Counted from the first letter of the stretch, positions 18,383 through 28,371 are shown. The stretch: DNA of 31,824 nt from Cyanobacteria bacterium P01_D01_bin.156 (GCA_039024555.1 JBCCQQ010000068.1:1-31824), one strand, 5' to 3'. Translations and numbers: made by a program. Notes: generated from the sequence alone by a model not told the origin.

Positions 18383-19639
18383 CTAGTGAGTCGCGAGAGA
18401 TCGTTCTCGTTTGAGTAACCAGCAGGCAGCAACAATGCCAAGCATCGCTAAAAACGCCATGAGATAAAACACATAGGTATACGCTCCAAAGAAATCCCGA
18501 ATGCGTCCTGTCACTAGTGTGCCAAACAGGGCACCCATGCCATAGGCTGTGAAGACAATTCCGTAGTTTTGAGCATACTGGTCGGGGTTAAAAAATCGCA
18601 GCGTGATGGTTGGGGCCATCGCTAACCATCCTCCCAAACAGAACCAAAACAGACAGAAGGCAATGAGATAGGTGGCCACTTGCCCAGGTTGAACATTGGC
18701 CATCAACACACAGGCGATCAGGACCAGCACATAGGACAAAATTGCAATGTAGTGGGGTTTGAACCGATCGCTTAACCACCCAAATAACGGGCGACTCACC
18801 CCATTAAACAGCGCAAATAGGGCAACACTGCTAGCGGCCACGGTCGGGTTAATATCAATGATTTCCTCACCTACTGGGCTGGAAATACCAATTGCACTCA
18901 AACCGATGAGGGCACCAATGGCGTAGCAAATCCACAGTCCATAAAATGAACGACTTTTGAGCAAGCTGGCAGGGTAGGTTGAGGCTGAGCTGGATGTGGA
19001 CACTGCAATTGTCTGTCGAGGGTGCCAGCCTTGAGGCGGCAACTTCAGCAATAGTGAAATGGCTAGAATAATTGCCGCAAAAGCGATACCCAATATTTGT
19101 AAAGTGGGTCGAACCGTATAGGCACTGATGAGTTGGTTCGATAAAGGGGCCGTAATTAGGGGGGAAAGCCCAAATCCGACGATTGTCAGCCCCAAAGCCA
19201 AGCCCTTCTTATCGGGAAACCAACGGGAGACGACCACCATGGGGGCACCATAGGCAATGCCAACTCCGGTTCCAGCAATTACTCCATAGGTGAAAACGAG
19301 CATACCAACATGGGTGGCAAAGCTTGAGAGCAGGTAGCCTATGCCCACAATAACTCCTCCGATTGCCGTTGTGATACGGGGGCCAATGCGCGGAATGTAA
19401 AAACCTGCGATCGGCATAAGCGCAGCATAGAATACCAAGACAAACGTGTATGGCAAAAGGCTTGCCGTAGCACTGATCCCGAGCTCATTTTCGAGGGGGG
19501 TTCTAAAAATACTCCAAGAATAAACACTGCCCAAGCAGAGGAGAACAGTCATCCCTAAAGGAATCAACAGCCATCTACCCTGTTGTGCAGGTATTCCCAA
19601 GACCGTTACCTGAGGGACATCATCAGTCGTTATACTCAT
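18383..19639 (-). CDS. MFS transporter, oxalate/formate antiporter (OFA) family-like
   Basis: About 12 TM segments; GSVYSWSIF, WFPDKKGLALG, GWLSDR, NYGIVFTAYG. Confidence 0.88.
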   Translation of the reverse strand: MSITTDDVPQVTVLGIPAQQGRWLLIPLGMTVLLCLGSVYSWSIFRTPLENELGISATASLLPYTFVLVFYAALMPIAGFYIPRIGPRITTAIGGVIVGIGYLLSSFATHVGMLVFTYGVIAGTGVGIAYGAPMVVVSRWFPDKKGLALGLTIVGFGLSPLITAPLSNQLISAYTVRPTLQILGIAFAAIILAISLLLKLPPQGWHPRQTIAVSTSSSASTYPASLLKSRSFYGLWICYAIGALIGLSAIGISSPVGEEIIDINPTVAASSVALFALFNGVSRPLFGWLSDRFKPHYIAILSYVLVLIACVLMANVQPGQVATYLIAFCLFWFCLGGWLAMAPTITLRFFNPDQYAQNYGIVFTAYGMGALFGTLVTGRIRDFFGAYTYVFYLMAFLAMLGIVAACWLLKRERSLATH

Positions 19640-19814
19640 AAGCCCTGACTTCTCAAAGAAGTAAGAATTTAATCTGGCGATTCAGAAAGGGAAGCAACAA
19701 AACTGCCCATATTCTTTTCACTTTAATTGATTTTTAATTCTCAGAATGTTCAAGGAGTAGGCTCATTTATGTGATCGTGTTTATTACAAAATGGCTGAAA
19801 AGGAGAACACTCTT

Positions 19815-20882
19815 CTACTTAAATCCTTTTCCCTTGGTTATTTCCGTCCATACTAAAAGTTCTCCTCCACTACCGCCAGCGGCTAGCATTGTGCCCTGTT
19901 CAGACCAGGCTAAACAAGAGAATCCAGTAGAGGCTCCGTCTAAAGTTTGGGTAATCCGCTGAGCTTTTTGCCATAGGTACAAACAACCATCTTCAGCGGC
20001 AGAAGCCAATAATAGAGTATCGGGGCGAAATGCGATCGCACGCACGATATCCTCATGAACATCCAACACCTGAGGAGTCCACCCCTTGTCTGGATCAGCT
20101 GCCTTTGTCCACACAACAACTCCTTCAGCGCTGATGGATGCTAGCAGCGGCGCATCCCTGACCATTGGTTTCGACCACGCCAGCTGGCGCACCTTGCCAG
20201 GGAAGCCCTGCATCCGCCAGGGAGAAGGATGATCTTTTTCCCAAACCAAAACCGACCGATCATTGTTACCTGATGCTAGATAGGTGCCATCCGGCGACCA
20301 GGCGACCGCCACACTAGCCCCACCCACTTCTCTTACCTCTGGGTCCTCATCCCAGTCTTTCGACTGCCATGTTTTAATATTTTGATTTCCCGCCACCGAT
20401 AGCTCGGTCCCATGGGGGTGCCAAGCTAGATCTAACACGGAAGAATCTTCAAAGTCTAAGGTGGTGACAACCGTTTGATCAACCGCATGCCACACCTGCA
20501 CATAGCGCCCAAAGCTAAAGGCCAGCTCTGGAGAACTTGGGTGCCACTGCAACCGATCAATCCAGGTACGGGCATGCTCCAACATTGTTAACAGTGGGGG
20601 GGCATCACCAGCCAGCCGCCAGATCCACACCGTACCGGCCTGCCCGCCAGCTGCGAGAAGTCGTCCATCAGCAGAGATTGCCAAAGCATCTACAGACTCT
20701 CCTTGAGAACTTTGCAAACAGATGGATTCATCGGTTCCAGGCGTGTAGAGCATCACCTCTCCAGCACCAGAACTGGCAGCGAGTTGGGTGCCGTCGGGGG
20801 ACCAGGCGACGGCTGTTACATAGTCCGAAAGGCGGGTGTCCCATAGCCGCTTGAGTGTAGTTTGTTTTTTTGTTTTTGGCAT
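19815..20882 (-). CDS. WD40-repeat protein
   Basis: Repeated AWSPDG..LAS...V.VW units; follows a COG0523 gene. Confidence 0.92.
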   Translation of the reverse strand: MPKTKKQTTLKRLWDTRLSDYVTAVAWSPDGTQLAASSGAGEVMLYTPGTDESICLQSSQGESVDALAISADGRLLAAGGQAGTVWIWRLAGDAPPLLTMLEHARTWIDRLQWHPSSPELAFSFGRYVQVWHAVDQTVVTTLDFEDSSVLDLAWHPHGTELSVAGNQNIKTWQSKDWDEDPEVREVGGASVAVAWSPDGTYLASGNNDRSVLVWEKDHPSPWRMQGFPGKVRQLAWSKPMVRDAPLLASISAEGVVVWTKAADPDKGWTPQVLDVHEDIVRAIAFRPDTLLLASAAEDGCLYLWQKAQRITQTLDGASTGFSCLAWSEQGTMLAAGGSGGELLVWTEITKGKGFK

Positions 20883-21036
20883 GGGTTCGGATAGGTAGAC
20901 CGTAGAAATAAGTCAGAGAAAATGGCTAAATCTCTTAAGAGTAAAGGCTTCTAAAGAGTGTGTCTAAAGGGCCGCTGGTGTCATTCTCTATGTCCATACT
21001 CTTCTAGAAGTGACAATTTAAGAATGTACTGATTTA

Positions 21037-21128
21037 TCCCTTCTTGGGAAGGGTGCCGCAGGCGGGGTGGGTTTCGATCCCCAGCGCTAACGGTCAACCT
21101 ACCCCGGAGCCCCTCCGAGGTAGGGAAA
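21037..21128. repeat. GC-rich palindromic dispersed repeat, possibly within a MITE-like element (~20959-21191)
   Basis: TCCCTTCTTGGGAAGGG...GGGGTGGGTT / AACCTACCCC...CCCCTCCGAGGTAGGGA; outer TGTGTCTA...TAGACACA inverted ends. Confidence 0.65.
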
Positions 21129-21252
21129 GAATGTCTCACTTTGCTTCCAATACATTTGTGGACGTTACTAAATCCTGATTTCCTAGACACATAGACACGT
21201 TAGTCATTAAAGAGAGTTTCGATATCTGATAACAACTTGCGGCACTTACATA

Positions 21253-22230
21253 TCACTGGCTTACCAAACAATCGCGAAAGCGTTCTTCTAATTTCAAACT
21301 CTCTAGATTACGACCGATGAATACTAGTTCATTTTTACGATCTTCGTCTGGTTTCCAAGGACGATCCTGGCGACCGTCAAACAACATGTGTATACCTTGA
21401 AAAACAAATCGATTGTCTTCCCCAGCCATATTGAGAATGCCCTTCATCCGAAAAATATCGGGGCCGTGCTCTCGCAATAGTTCTCCTATCCAGGCTTCTA
21501 GCTTGTCACCATCAAGTTCTCCGGACTCTACGAGAGCAACTGAACCGACGGTTTCGTCGTGCTCATGGGCGGTTTCATCAAGGAAATCTGGGTCAATTTG
21601 TAGAGCGTTATTCAGGTCAAAAGCACTAACCCCCAGTAGGGAATCCATCTCAATCTGAGCGTCACGGGTGCGATGAACCTTGGCTAAGGCATTCATTCCC
21701 CGAATCCTATCTTCCAGTTTTGTCAGTTCCTCTTCTGTAACCAGGTCAATCTTATTGAGCAGAATGACGTCGGCAAAGGCAATCTGTTCTACGGCTTCTT
21801 CAGCTTCCCAATGCTGGCTAATATGGCGAGCATCCACCACGGTCACTACCGCATCCAAACGGGTCTGTAGCTGCACCTCATCATCTACAAAAAAGGTTTG
21901 AATCACCGGAGCTGGATCAGCTAGACCGGTGGTTTCAATCACCAGGTGGTCAAACTTGTCGCGGCGCTTCATGAGGTTGCCAATGATGCGAATCAGGTCT
22001 CCGCGCACAGTGCAGCAGATGCAGCCATTATTCATTTCAAATACTTCTTCATCGGCATCCACCACTAGCTGGTTGTCGATGCCTACTTCACCAAATTCAT
22101 TGACGATGACTGCCACCTTCTTGCCATGCTCATGGGTGAGAATACGATTGAGCAACGTGGTTTTACCCGCACCTAAATAGCCAGTCAAGACGGTTACGGG
22201 AACGGTGTTATCAATTATGTCAGCTACCAT
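21253..22230 (-). CDS. COG0523 GTPase, third paralog (WD40-linked type)
   Basis: GYLGAGKTT, GCICCTVRGDL, ETTGLADP, NKID, HEHD, FRMKG. Confidence 0.95.
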   Translation of the reverse strand: MVADIIDNTVPVTVLTGYLGAGKTTLLNRILTHEHGKKVAVIVNEFGEVGIDNQLVVDADEEVFEMNNGCICCTVRGDLIRIIGNLMKRRDKFDHLVIETTGLADPAPVIQTFFVDDEVQLQTRLDAVVTVVDARHISQHWEAEEAVEQIAFADVILLNKIDLVTEEELTKLEDRIRGMNALAKVHRTRDAQIEMDSLLGVSAFDLNNALQIDPDFLDETAHEHDETVGSVALVESGELDGDKLEAWIGELLREHGPDIFRMKGILNMAGEDNRFVFQGIHMLFDGRQDRPWKPDEDRKNELVFIGRNLESLKLEERFRDCLVSQ

Positions 22231-22542
22231 GAATTGTCTCCTTGAAGTGTGTCTATCTTGGAAAGTGCGATCGCGTCCATCTCAGCACCATATTTTACAG
22301 CCCTAGCAACCTGAGAAAATAATCAGATTGAATGCTAAAGAGTTCTTACAGAATCTACAGTTCAGCCCTAGAAGAGAGCAGTTTCTAGTCCACTAGAGTC
22401 ATTAGCACGAATTACGACTTACCCCTGACAGGCGCGGCTACTGTACTTATTTTTCATGGGGCTGCTTGTATTGACGCTGTGTAGGAACTGACCGTCTTCA
22501 CACTGTTATCTGAGGCCTTTGCCAGAGTAGAGATGGCGGCCT

Positions 22543-22570
22543 TGTTATAATCACATAAGAATGATTATCA
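22543..22570 (+). promoter_or_regulatory. Extended -10 promoter with overlapping Zur box
   Basis: TGTTATAAT (22543-22551) followed by TAAGAATGATTATCA (22556-22570), ~100 bp upstream of the CadC-like gene. Confidence 0.7.
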
Positions 22571-22669
22571 TTCTTGCCACCCAAAGCAGCAACCCTTTGT
22601 AAACGCTTAAGCGCGAAGAAATTGAAGGGTTTCCAGCAATCAATCAGTAGAATAAATCTACAGCACCTG

Positions 22670-23047
22670 ATGAAACCTGAAAAATCTGTGACTAAGCCCA
22701 AGGATGTATGCCAAGTTCGTTGCTTCAACGAAGAGCTAGTTCACCAGATTGGCCAGGTGCTTCCCAGTGAGGACCTACTGGAATCTGCCCAAATTCTGTT
22801 TGGGGCACTAGCCGATCGCTCTCGGCTAAAGATTTTATACGCCCTGCGCAACGGCGAGGAACTCTGCGTCTGTGATGTGGCTTCTCTACTCAACATTAAA
22901 GTGGCCGCTGCATCCCACCATCTACGAAAGCTGCGTGACCTCAGTATTTTGAAATATCGCAATGACGGCAAGTTGGCCTACTACTCCCTTAAGGATCAAC
23001 GGGTCGCAGATATTCTTTGCTACACGCTAAAGCAGCTGGTTGACTAG
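22670..23047 (+). CDS. ArsR family repressor, CadC-like (alpha3N site)
   Basis: N-terminal CxxxC (DVCQVRC), ELCVCDVA, ASHHLRKL, GKLAYYSL; ATG at 22670. Confidence 0.88.
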   Translation: MKPEKSVTKPKDVCQVRCFNEELVHQIGQVLPSEDLLESAQILFGALADRSRLKILYALRNGEELCVCDVASLLNIKVAAASHHLRKLRDLSILKYRNDGKLAYYSLKDQRVADILCYTLKQLVD

Positions 23048-23096
23048 AGCGCTGGGGTCATTCTAACGATGACTTGAATAACTCACTTTTTATGCT

Positions 23097-23166
23097 AACG
23101 TTCTAATACTAGTTTGAATGTTTGAATATCTTTTTGAGCAAACATTCTAATACTCCTTTGAATGTT
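23097..23166. promoter_or_regulatory. Two tandem CadC/ArsR-type operators (44-bp period)
   Basis: AACGTTCTAA-TACTAG-TTTGAATGTT (23097-23122) and AACATTCTAA-TACTCC-TTTGAATGTT (23141-23166). Confidence 0.75.
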
Positions 23167-23192
23167 TGAATGGCTGAATATTGGGGGTCACT

Positions 23193-23810
23193 ATGGCGGA
23201 AAATTGCTGTCAGGCCAAAGCATGCGAAGTTGCCAAGCTAAAAGAACGGCAGGCAAAGGTACTGTGGGCAGTACTACTGATCAATGCTGTGATGTTTGTC
23301 GTCGAATTTGGGGCAGGCATTCGAGCCGCTTCACTGTCTTTGACCGGGGACTCACTAGATATGTTGGGGGATGCTCTGGTATACGCCAGCAGCCTGTATG
23401 TGATTCATAAAAGCGCTAAAGCTCAGGCAGGAGCAGCTATGCTCAAGGGGCTGATCATGTTTTTATTTGCCATTGTCGTTTTTGCCAGGGCAAGCTATCA
23501 GCTATTTGCCGGGGCGAGTCCCGAAGGGTCCATTATGGGAGCGGTAGGCATATTAGCGCTACTGGCTAACCTGCTGTGTTTGTTGTTGTTAACGCGGCAT
23601 CGCAACGACAATTTAAATATGTCATCGGTGTGGCTGTGTTCTCGCAATGACATTATTGCTAACACGTCGGTCCTGGCTGCGGCAGTTTTAGTGTTTTTGA
23701 CTCATTCAATCTTGCCGGATTTGGCAGTTGGATTGTTGTTGACCATTGTCTTTGCTAAGTCGGCTGGAACCGTGCTTTCAAAGTCCTGGAGAGAACTACA
23801 ACAGGCGTAG
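23193..23810 (+). CDS. Short CDF-like cation efflux transporter lacking the C-terminal domain
   Basis: MAENCCQAKAC N-terminus; SLSLTGDSLDMLGD, NMSSVWLCSRNDIIAN, PDL; ~5-6 TM segments. Confidence 0.82.
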   Translation: MAENCCQAKACEVAKLKERQAKVLWAVLLINAVMFVVEFGAGIRAASLSLTGDSLDMLGDALVYASSLYVIHKSAKAQAGAAMLKGLIMFLFAIVVFARASYQLFAGASPEGSIMGAVGILALLANLLCLLLLTRHRNDNLNMSSVWLCSRNDIIANTSVLAAAVLVFLTHSILPDLAVGLLLTIVFAKSAGTVLSKSWRELQQA

Positions 23811-24086
23811 GCTTGAGCTCCCCATTACCCACACTGCCCCAATCACTTCGGTTTACACTTGACCTCAATCTCCAAACTGCCCTCCACCGAGCCTTGTACC
23901 AAAACCGTTAAGCCCATTGAACCGGTAATCTTCATGCCAAGTTTCAAGATGATTTACTCTACAGCAGCACCAGCAAACCTTTAAACACGCCAAGAGGATA
24001 GTTTGCAGGATGACCACGTATTTTTGTATCGCATGGCAGGACAAAATCCGTTTATTCCCCTAGGCACCTCTAGACGTAAAAACCGT

Positions 24087-24124
24087 ACAGTGGCGTTGAT
24101 GGCCTTGTCCATCAACGCCACTGT
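24087..24124 (+). terminator. Perfect 16-bp hairpin just upstream of the exoprotein start
   Basis: ACAGTGGCGTTGATGG-CCTTGT-CCATCAACGCCACTGT followed by TTT. Confidence 0.55.
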
Positions 24125-24138
24125 TTTACCCACCTGCT

Positions 24139-27100
24139 ATGCGTTGCCTACCCAAGCCTTTCATCGTGCTCACGGTGTGTTCACTCCTCGGCACACTGCC
24201 GCGAACAGCTGCAGCCCAATCGATTACTACCGACAGCGATGGCACGGGTAGTAACATCACCTACAGCAGCACCAGCCAAACCTACACCATCAACGGCGGC
24301 ACCCAAATCGATACCAATCTCTTCCACGGTTTCCAACAGTTTGGCCTCAGTACCCATGAAATCGCCAACTTTTTAGTGAATCCCAATGTTGCCAACATTC
24401 TGGCACGGGTTAACGGAGGCCAAAGCTCAGTCATTGATGGGCTCTTGCAAGTCAGCGGCGGCAACAACGCCAACCTCTTCATCCTCAATCCCGCTGGCGT
24501 ATTGCTGGGTCGCAATGCCCAACTCAACCTCGCAGGGTCATTCTCGGTTAGCACAGCCAGTGGTCTGGCCTTTGGCGACAATGTGTTCAATGCCACCGGC
24601 AGAAATGACTATCGTGCTTTGACCGGCAATCCCACAGGCTATGTTTTCTTAGGCCATGAAGGGGTTTTGCTCAACGAAGCTGACTTGGCTGTGAATCCTG
24701 GCAAAAACTTGACTCTAGCAGGGGGCACGGTGCTCAATACCGGCAACTTGGAAGTATCCGAAGGCAGCGTCTCCATTACGGCGGTGCCGGAGGCAGGCAT
24801 GCTCCACATTGCCCAGGATGGCTTGGCGATGAGTTTGGCAGTTGCTACTGACCAGCTTCAGAATTTGGTGGATGACGGAATTACCCCCTTAGACCTGCCC
24901 AGGTTGTTGGCAGGTGACTGGGGCGGCGATGCCACCACGATGAGCACTTTGGCCGATGGTACGGTAATACTGAGCAGTGGTGATGTCATAAACCCAGCAG
25001 CTGGAGCGGTAACGGCCAGTGGAACCGTTGATGTATCTGGTATCCAGGGCGGTCAGGTGCAAGTGTTCGGGGAAACCGTGGCTCTCCATGGGGCAACCCT
25101 TAACGCGGAAGGTATCGAGGGCGGTGGTGAGGTATTGATTGGCGGCGACTATCTGGGCCAAGGCAACCTGCCGACAGCCCAAACCACCATCGTCGATGCC
25201 CAGACCTCCATTTCAGCAGACGCCGCCCAAACAGGAGACGGCGGTCGCGTGATTGTCTGGTCTGATCAGGCAACGCATTTTGCGGGTCAGATTTCCGCCC
25301 AGGGGGGAGCCATGGGCGGGAATGGTGGATTTGTTGAGACTTCCGGGGCGCAGCAGTTGACCGTGGCAAATACGGCTGAAGTGGTGACCCGCGCACCCCA
25401 GGGAGCCTGGGGCACCTGGTTGCTCGACCCAGCGAATTTGACTGTGGGCAGCGTGGGGGCTGCCACTATCGTCAGTGGGACGAATGATCCCCTTACCGAT
25501 ACGACGATTGCAGCGAGTACGGTGGAGACGGCACTTAATACTACGGATGTGACACTGCAAGCGACGGACTCCATTACCGTCGATGAGGCGATTAACAGCA
25601 ATAGCGGCAGAAATTTGACGCTTCAGACACCCACAGTCAACTTAAATGAACGCATTACCCTGACAGTTGACTCTGGTCCTGGTCCTGGCCCTGGTCCCGG
25701 TCCTGGCCCCGGTCCCGGTCCTGGTCCTGGTCCTGGTCCCGGTGGCCCTGGTTCCTTTAGCTCTGTGCTCGCAGGCATTGGAGTGGACATAGTAAATGTT
25801 GGGATCAATGGCAGTGTACAGAATGGCGTTGATATTGCCACTGATGGTGGAATCGTGAATGTGGCGGCAGGGACCTTCCAGGAGGGGCAGGAAGTCAATA
25901 TTTACCGGGCGGTAACCATTCGTGGTGCGGGACAGACGAATACCTTTCTGGATGGGAGCGATACTCATCAAGTCTTGAACAACAGCAGTTCGCACAGGCT
26001 TACCCTGTCAAACCTGACGGTGCAGAATGCAGGCATTGACGGTGCAGGCAGGGGCGGGGGCTTCTACAGCCTTGGCCCTGTGACGCTGATGGACTCCACG
26101 GTTTCCGGTAATTCTGGCGGCGGCTTCAGTAGCAATAACGACGTAACGCTCATTAACTCCACGGTTTCCAGTAATTCCACAAGCGGCGACGGCGGGGGCT
26201 TCAGCAGCCCTGGCGATGTAACGCTCATTAACTCCACGGTTTCCGGTAATTCTGCAGGTCGTCTTGGCGGCGGCTTTAGATCTGGCCATGTGACGCTGAC
26301 GGACTCCACAGTTTCCGGTAACTCCGCAGGCGGGAATGGCGGCGGCTTTTTCAGCGCTGGCAGCCCAGACGACATTGGCAATGCAACACTCATTAACTCC
26401 ACGGTTTCTGGTAATTCCGCAGGCGGTTTGGGCGGCGGCTTTGTTCGCTACAGAGATTTGACACTCATTAACTCCAGGGTTTCTGGTAATTCCGCAGGCG
26501 GGCAAGGAGGAGGCTTCTTGAGCAGCGGTTCTTTTTTCTTCCCCAGTCTTGATACAACGAATGCCACGTTGACGCTAATAGACTCAACGGTTTCCGGCAA
26601 TTCCACAAACAACAGTGGAGGAGGGTTCAGTGGGGACTTTCGACTCAATTTGACGTTGACGAACTCCACGATCTCGGGTAACTCCGCACGCTTCAATGGT
26701 GGCGGCTTCATCGTTCGCGATGACTTGACGTTGACGAACTCCACAATCTCATTTAACACAGCCGACGCCACTAATAATGGATTGGGCGAAGGCGGCGGCT
26801 TTTTCATCAAGGACACCCAAAACCACACCATCCGCAACAGCATTATTGCCAACAACAGTGACCTCGGAGCCGGAGCTCCCGACATTAGCGCTGACCTCAG
26901 CACCAGCACCGTCACCAACAGCCTGATTCAATCCACCACAGGCATCACTGCTGGGGTACCTATCAACGGTGTGAATGGCAATATCATCGGCCAAGATCCG
27001 CTGCTGGCTCCCCTAGCCAACAACGGTGGCCCCACCCAAACCCACGCGCTATTGGACGGCAGTTCAGCCATTGATGCTAGCGGTGCTGACGCGACCACTG

Positions 27101-27567
27101 TGGATCAACGGGGAGTTGCAGCCTTGGGTAATCGTGATATCGGGGCTTTCGAGTTCATCCCCACACCCCCGGCTCCAGCTGCCACGCCACCTGATAATCC
27201 AACTGTTACGCCCCCGGCTTCAACCGCTACGCCCTCGGCAATAACTACTAATCCAATTGATCCAGATATCCTACCGATTGGAACAGAACCAGAATCACAA
27301 TTTGCGATTGACAACGGCCTTGACGATCAGATTCTCGTCATTGAACCTGAGCTAGCCGAACTCTTAAATCTACCTACGGAACTACTTCTGCGGATGCAAC
27401 AGCCTGCGACCGTTGAGGAGGAGGAGAATGTTGAAGGGGATAAGGATACGGGTGTGAGTACCGATCTCACTGTGGAAGACACTGCCGACACCGTGAGCAC
27501 AGAGGATACCAACAATAAGCAGAAGAAGAATCAGCCTGCGACGATGTCACCAGCCCTGATTCCGTAA
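24139..27567 (+). CDS. Filamentous haemagglutinin N-terminal (TPS) domain exoprotein with beta-helix repeats and choice-of-anchor Q-like domain
   Basis: Signal peptide; NLFHGFQQFGL, ANLFILNPAG, GGFVETSG, WLLDP; NSTVSGNSAGGxGGGF repeats; PLANNGGPTQTHAL...DQRG...DIGAFE; Pro-rich/acidic tail. Confidence 0.88.
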   Translation: MRCLPKPFIVLTVCSLLGTLPRTAAAQSITTDSDGTGSNITYSSTSQTYTINGGTQIDTNLFHGFQQFGLSTHEIANFLVNPNVANILARVNGGQSSVIDGLLQVSGGNNANLFILNPAGVLLGRNAQLNLAGSFSVSTASGLAFGDNVFNATGRNDYRALTGNPTGYVFLGHEGVLLNEADLAVNPGKNLTLAGGTVLNTGNLEVSEGSVSITAVPEAGMLHIAQDGLAMSLAVATDQLQNLVDDGITPLDLPRLLAGDWGGDATTMSTLADGTVILSSGDVINPAAGAVTASGTVDVSGIQGGQVQVFGETVALHGATLNAEGIEGGGEVLIGGDYLGQGNLPTAQTTIVDAQTSISADAAQTGDGGRVIVWSDQATHFAGQISAQGGAMGGNGGFVETSGAQQLTVANTAEVVTRAPQGAWGTWLLDPANLTVGSVGAATIVSGTNDPLTDTTIAASTVETALNTTDVTLQATDSITVDEAINSNSGRNLTLQTPTVNLNERITLTVDSGPGPGPGPGPGPGPGPGPGPGPGGPGSFSSVLAGIGVDIVNVGINGSVQNGVDIATDGGIVNVAAGTFQEGQEVNIYRAVTIRGAGQTNTFLDGSDTHQVLNNSSSHRLTLSNLTVQNAGIDGAGRGGGFYSLGPVTLMDSTVSGNSGGGFSSNNDVTLINSTVSSNSTSGDGGGFSSPGDVTLINSTVSGNSAGRLGGGFRSGHVTLTDSTVSGNSAGGNGGGFFSAGSPDDIGNATLINSTVSGNSAGGLGGGFVRYRDLTLINSRVSGNSAGGQGGGFLSSGSFFFPSLDTTNATLTLIDSTVSGNSTNNSGGGFSGDFRLNLTLTNSTISGNSARFNGGGFIVRDDLTLTNSTISFNTADATNNGLGEGGGFFIKDTQNHTIRNSIIANNSDLGAGAPDISADLSTSTVTNSLIQSTTGITAGVPINGVNGNIIGQDPLLAPLANNGGPTQTHALLDGSSAIDASGADATTVDQRGVAALGNRDIGAFEFIPTPPAPAATPPDNPTVTPPASTATPSAITTNPIDPDILPIGTEPESQFAIDNGLDDQILVIEPELAELLNLPTELLLRMQQPATVEEEENVEGDKDTGVSTDLTVEDTADTVSTEDTNNKQKKNQPATMSPALIP
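25675..25740 (+). repeat. (GGYCCY)11 microsatellite encoding (Gly-Pro)11
   Basis: Eleven consecutive hexamers ggtcct/ggccct/ggtccc/ggcccc. Confidence 0.95.
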
Positions 27568-27648
27568 GGGGGGTCGAGTAGGGGCTGTGTGGATGCGACT
27601 CCTCAGAAGAAACTTTTTACATCGCACCACTGCCATACTTTCAGTCCT

Positions 27649-28371
27649 TTATTTCACCCCAAAACCCTTTGGCTGACCATAATTCACGGTTCTAAAAGAG
27701 AGTTGACCGTTCCCAGGCGTAAATAACGCATAAGTAGACTTTCCAGGAATGCGGCCTACTGAACCGACGCCAACAATCTTGCGGGGTGTTTTGCTATAAT
27801 CCTGGGGCTCTTGCACACCGTCTAGGGTAGTTACGGTCGAACGTAGCTCCACCGGATTCACCACGCATTCAAACGTGAGACCCGAGCGACCACAAAAGAG
27901 ATAGTTAGCATCGGCCCGAATTAAGCGATCGCACAGCTCAATTGCCGAGGTATCAGGCGTAAGTTCATCGGCATAGCTAACGGTGCTGCCATGGATCAGT
28001 AAACAGTCCAGCTCATAGAAGCCAAAATGCTGCGATCTTAACCAACGCACCGACTCCCGCGATATCGATTCCCAAAAAGTTTTCACTCCATCGCCGCCTA
28101 CTTTTTCCATTAGCTCCGGCGCATTCTCCACACCGCTCACCCCGTGCAAACTAAAACACTGCTCTTCCCACCAGCCCACACACACCTGGGGCTCTAACTC
28201 TCCCGCTTTAGGAGACTGCAGCCGTTGAAGCACCGCTTCATTATCCCCTTGCAGCCCTACAACATCACCCAGAATATAGAGATCGCTCACCGACTGCCGC
28301 CGTATATCCTGCAACACCGCCTCATAGGCCGTCAGATTACCTTCAATGCCGCTTAAAATTGCCCACTTCAC
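27649..28371 (-). CDS. Degenerate calcineurin-like metallophosphoesterase family protein
   Basis: SGIEGN, LGDVVG, GWWEE, HGS, CGRSG, GSVG: the fold motifs are present with several metal ligands replaced. Confidence 0.82.
   Translation of the reverse strand: MKWAILSGIEGNLTAYEAVLQDIRRQSVSDLYILGDVVGLQGDNEAVLQRLQSPKAGELEPQVCVGWWEEQCFSLHGVSGVENAPELMEKVGGDGVKTFWESISRESVRWLRSQHFGFYELDCLLIHGSTVSYADELTPDTSAIELCDRLIRADANYLFCGRSGLTFECVVNPVELRSTVTTLDGVQEPQDYSKTPRKIVGVGSVGRIPGKSTYALFTPGNGQLSFRTVNYGQPKGFGVK

Noticed and set aside
22312..22325. TGAGAAAATAATCA near the third COG0523 gene
   Set aside because: Lacks the central spacer base of the 7-1-7 box and has mismatches.
23840..23935. Minus-strand GLNGFG snippet resembling a GAPDH N-terminus
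   Set aside because: Only six residues, needs frameshifts; could be chance.
26008..26994. Repetitive minus-strand ORFs within the exoprotein gene
   Set aside because: Antisense shadows of the NSTVSGN beta-helix repeats.
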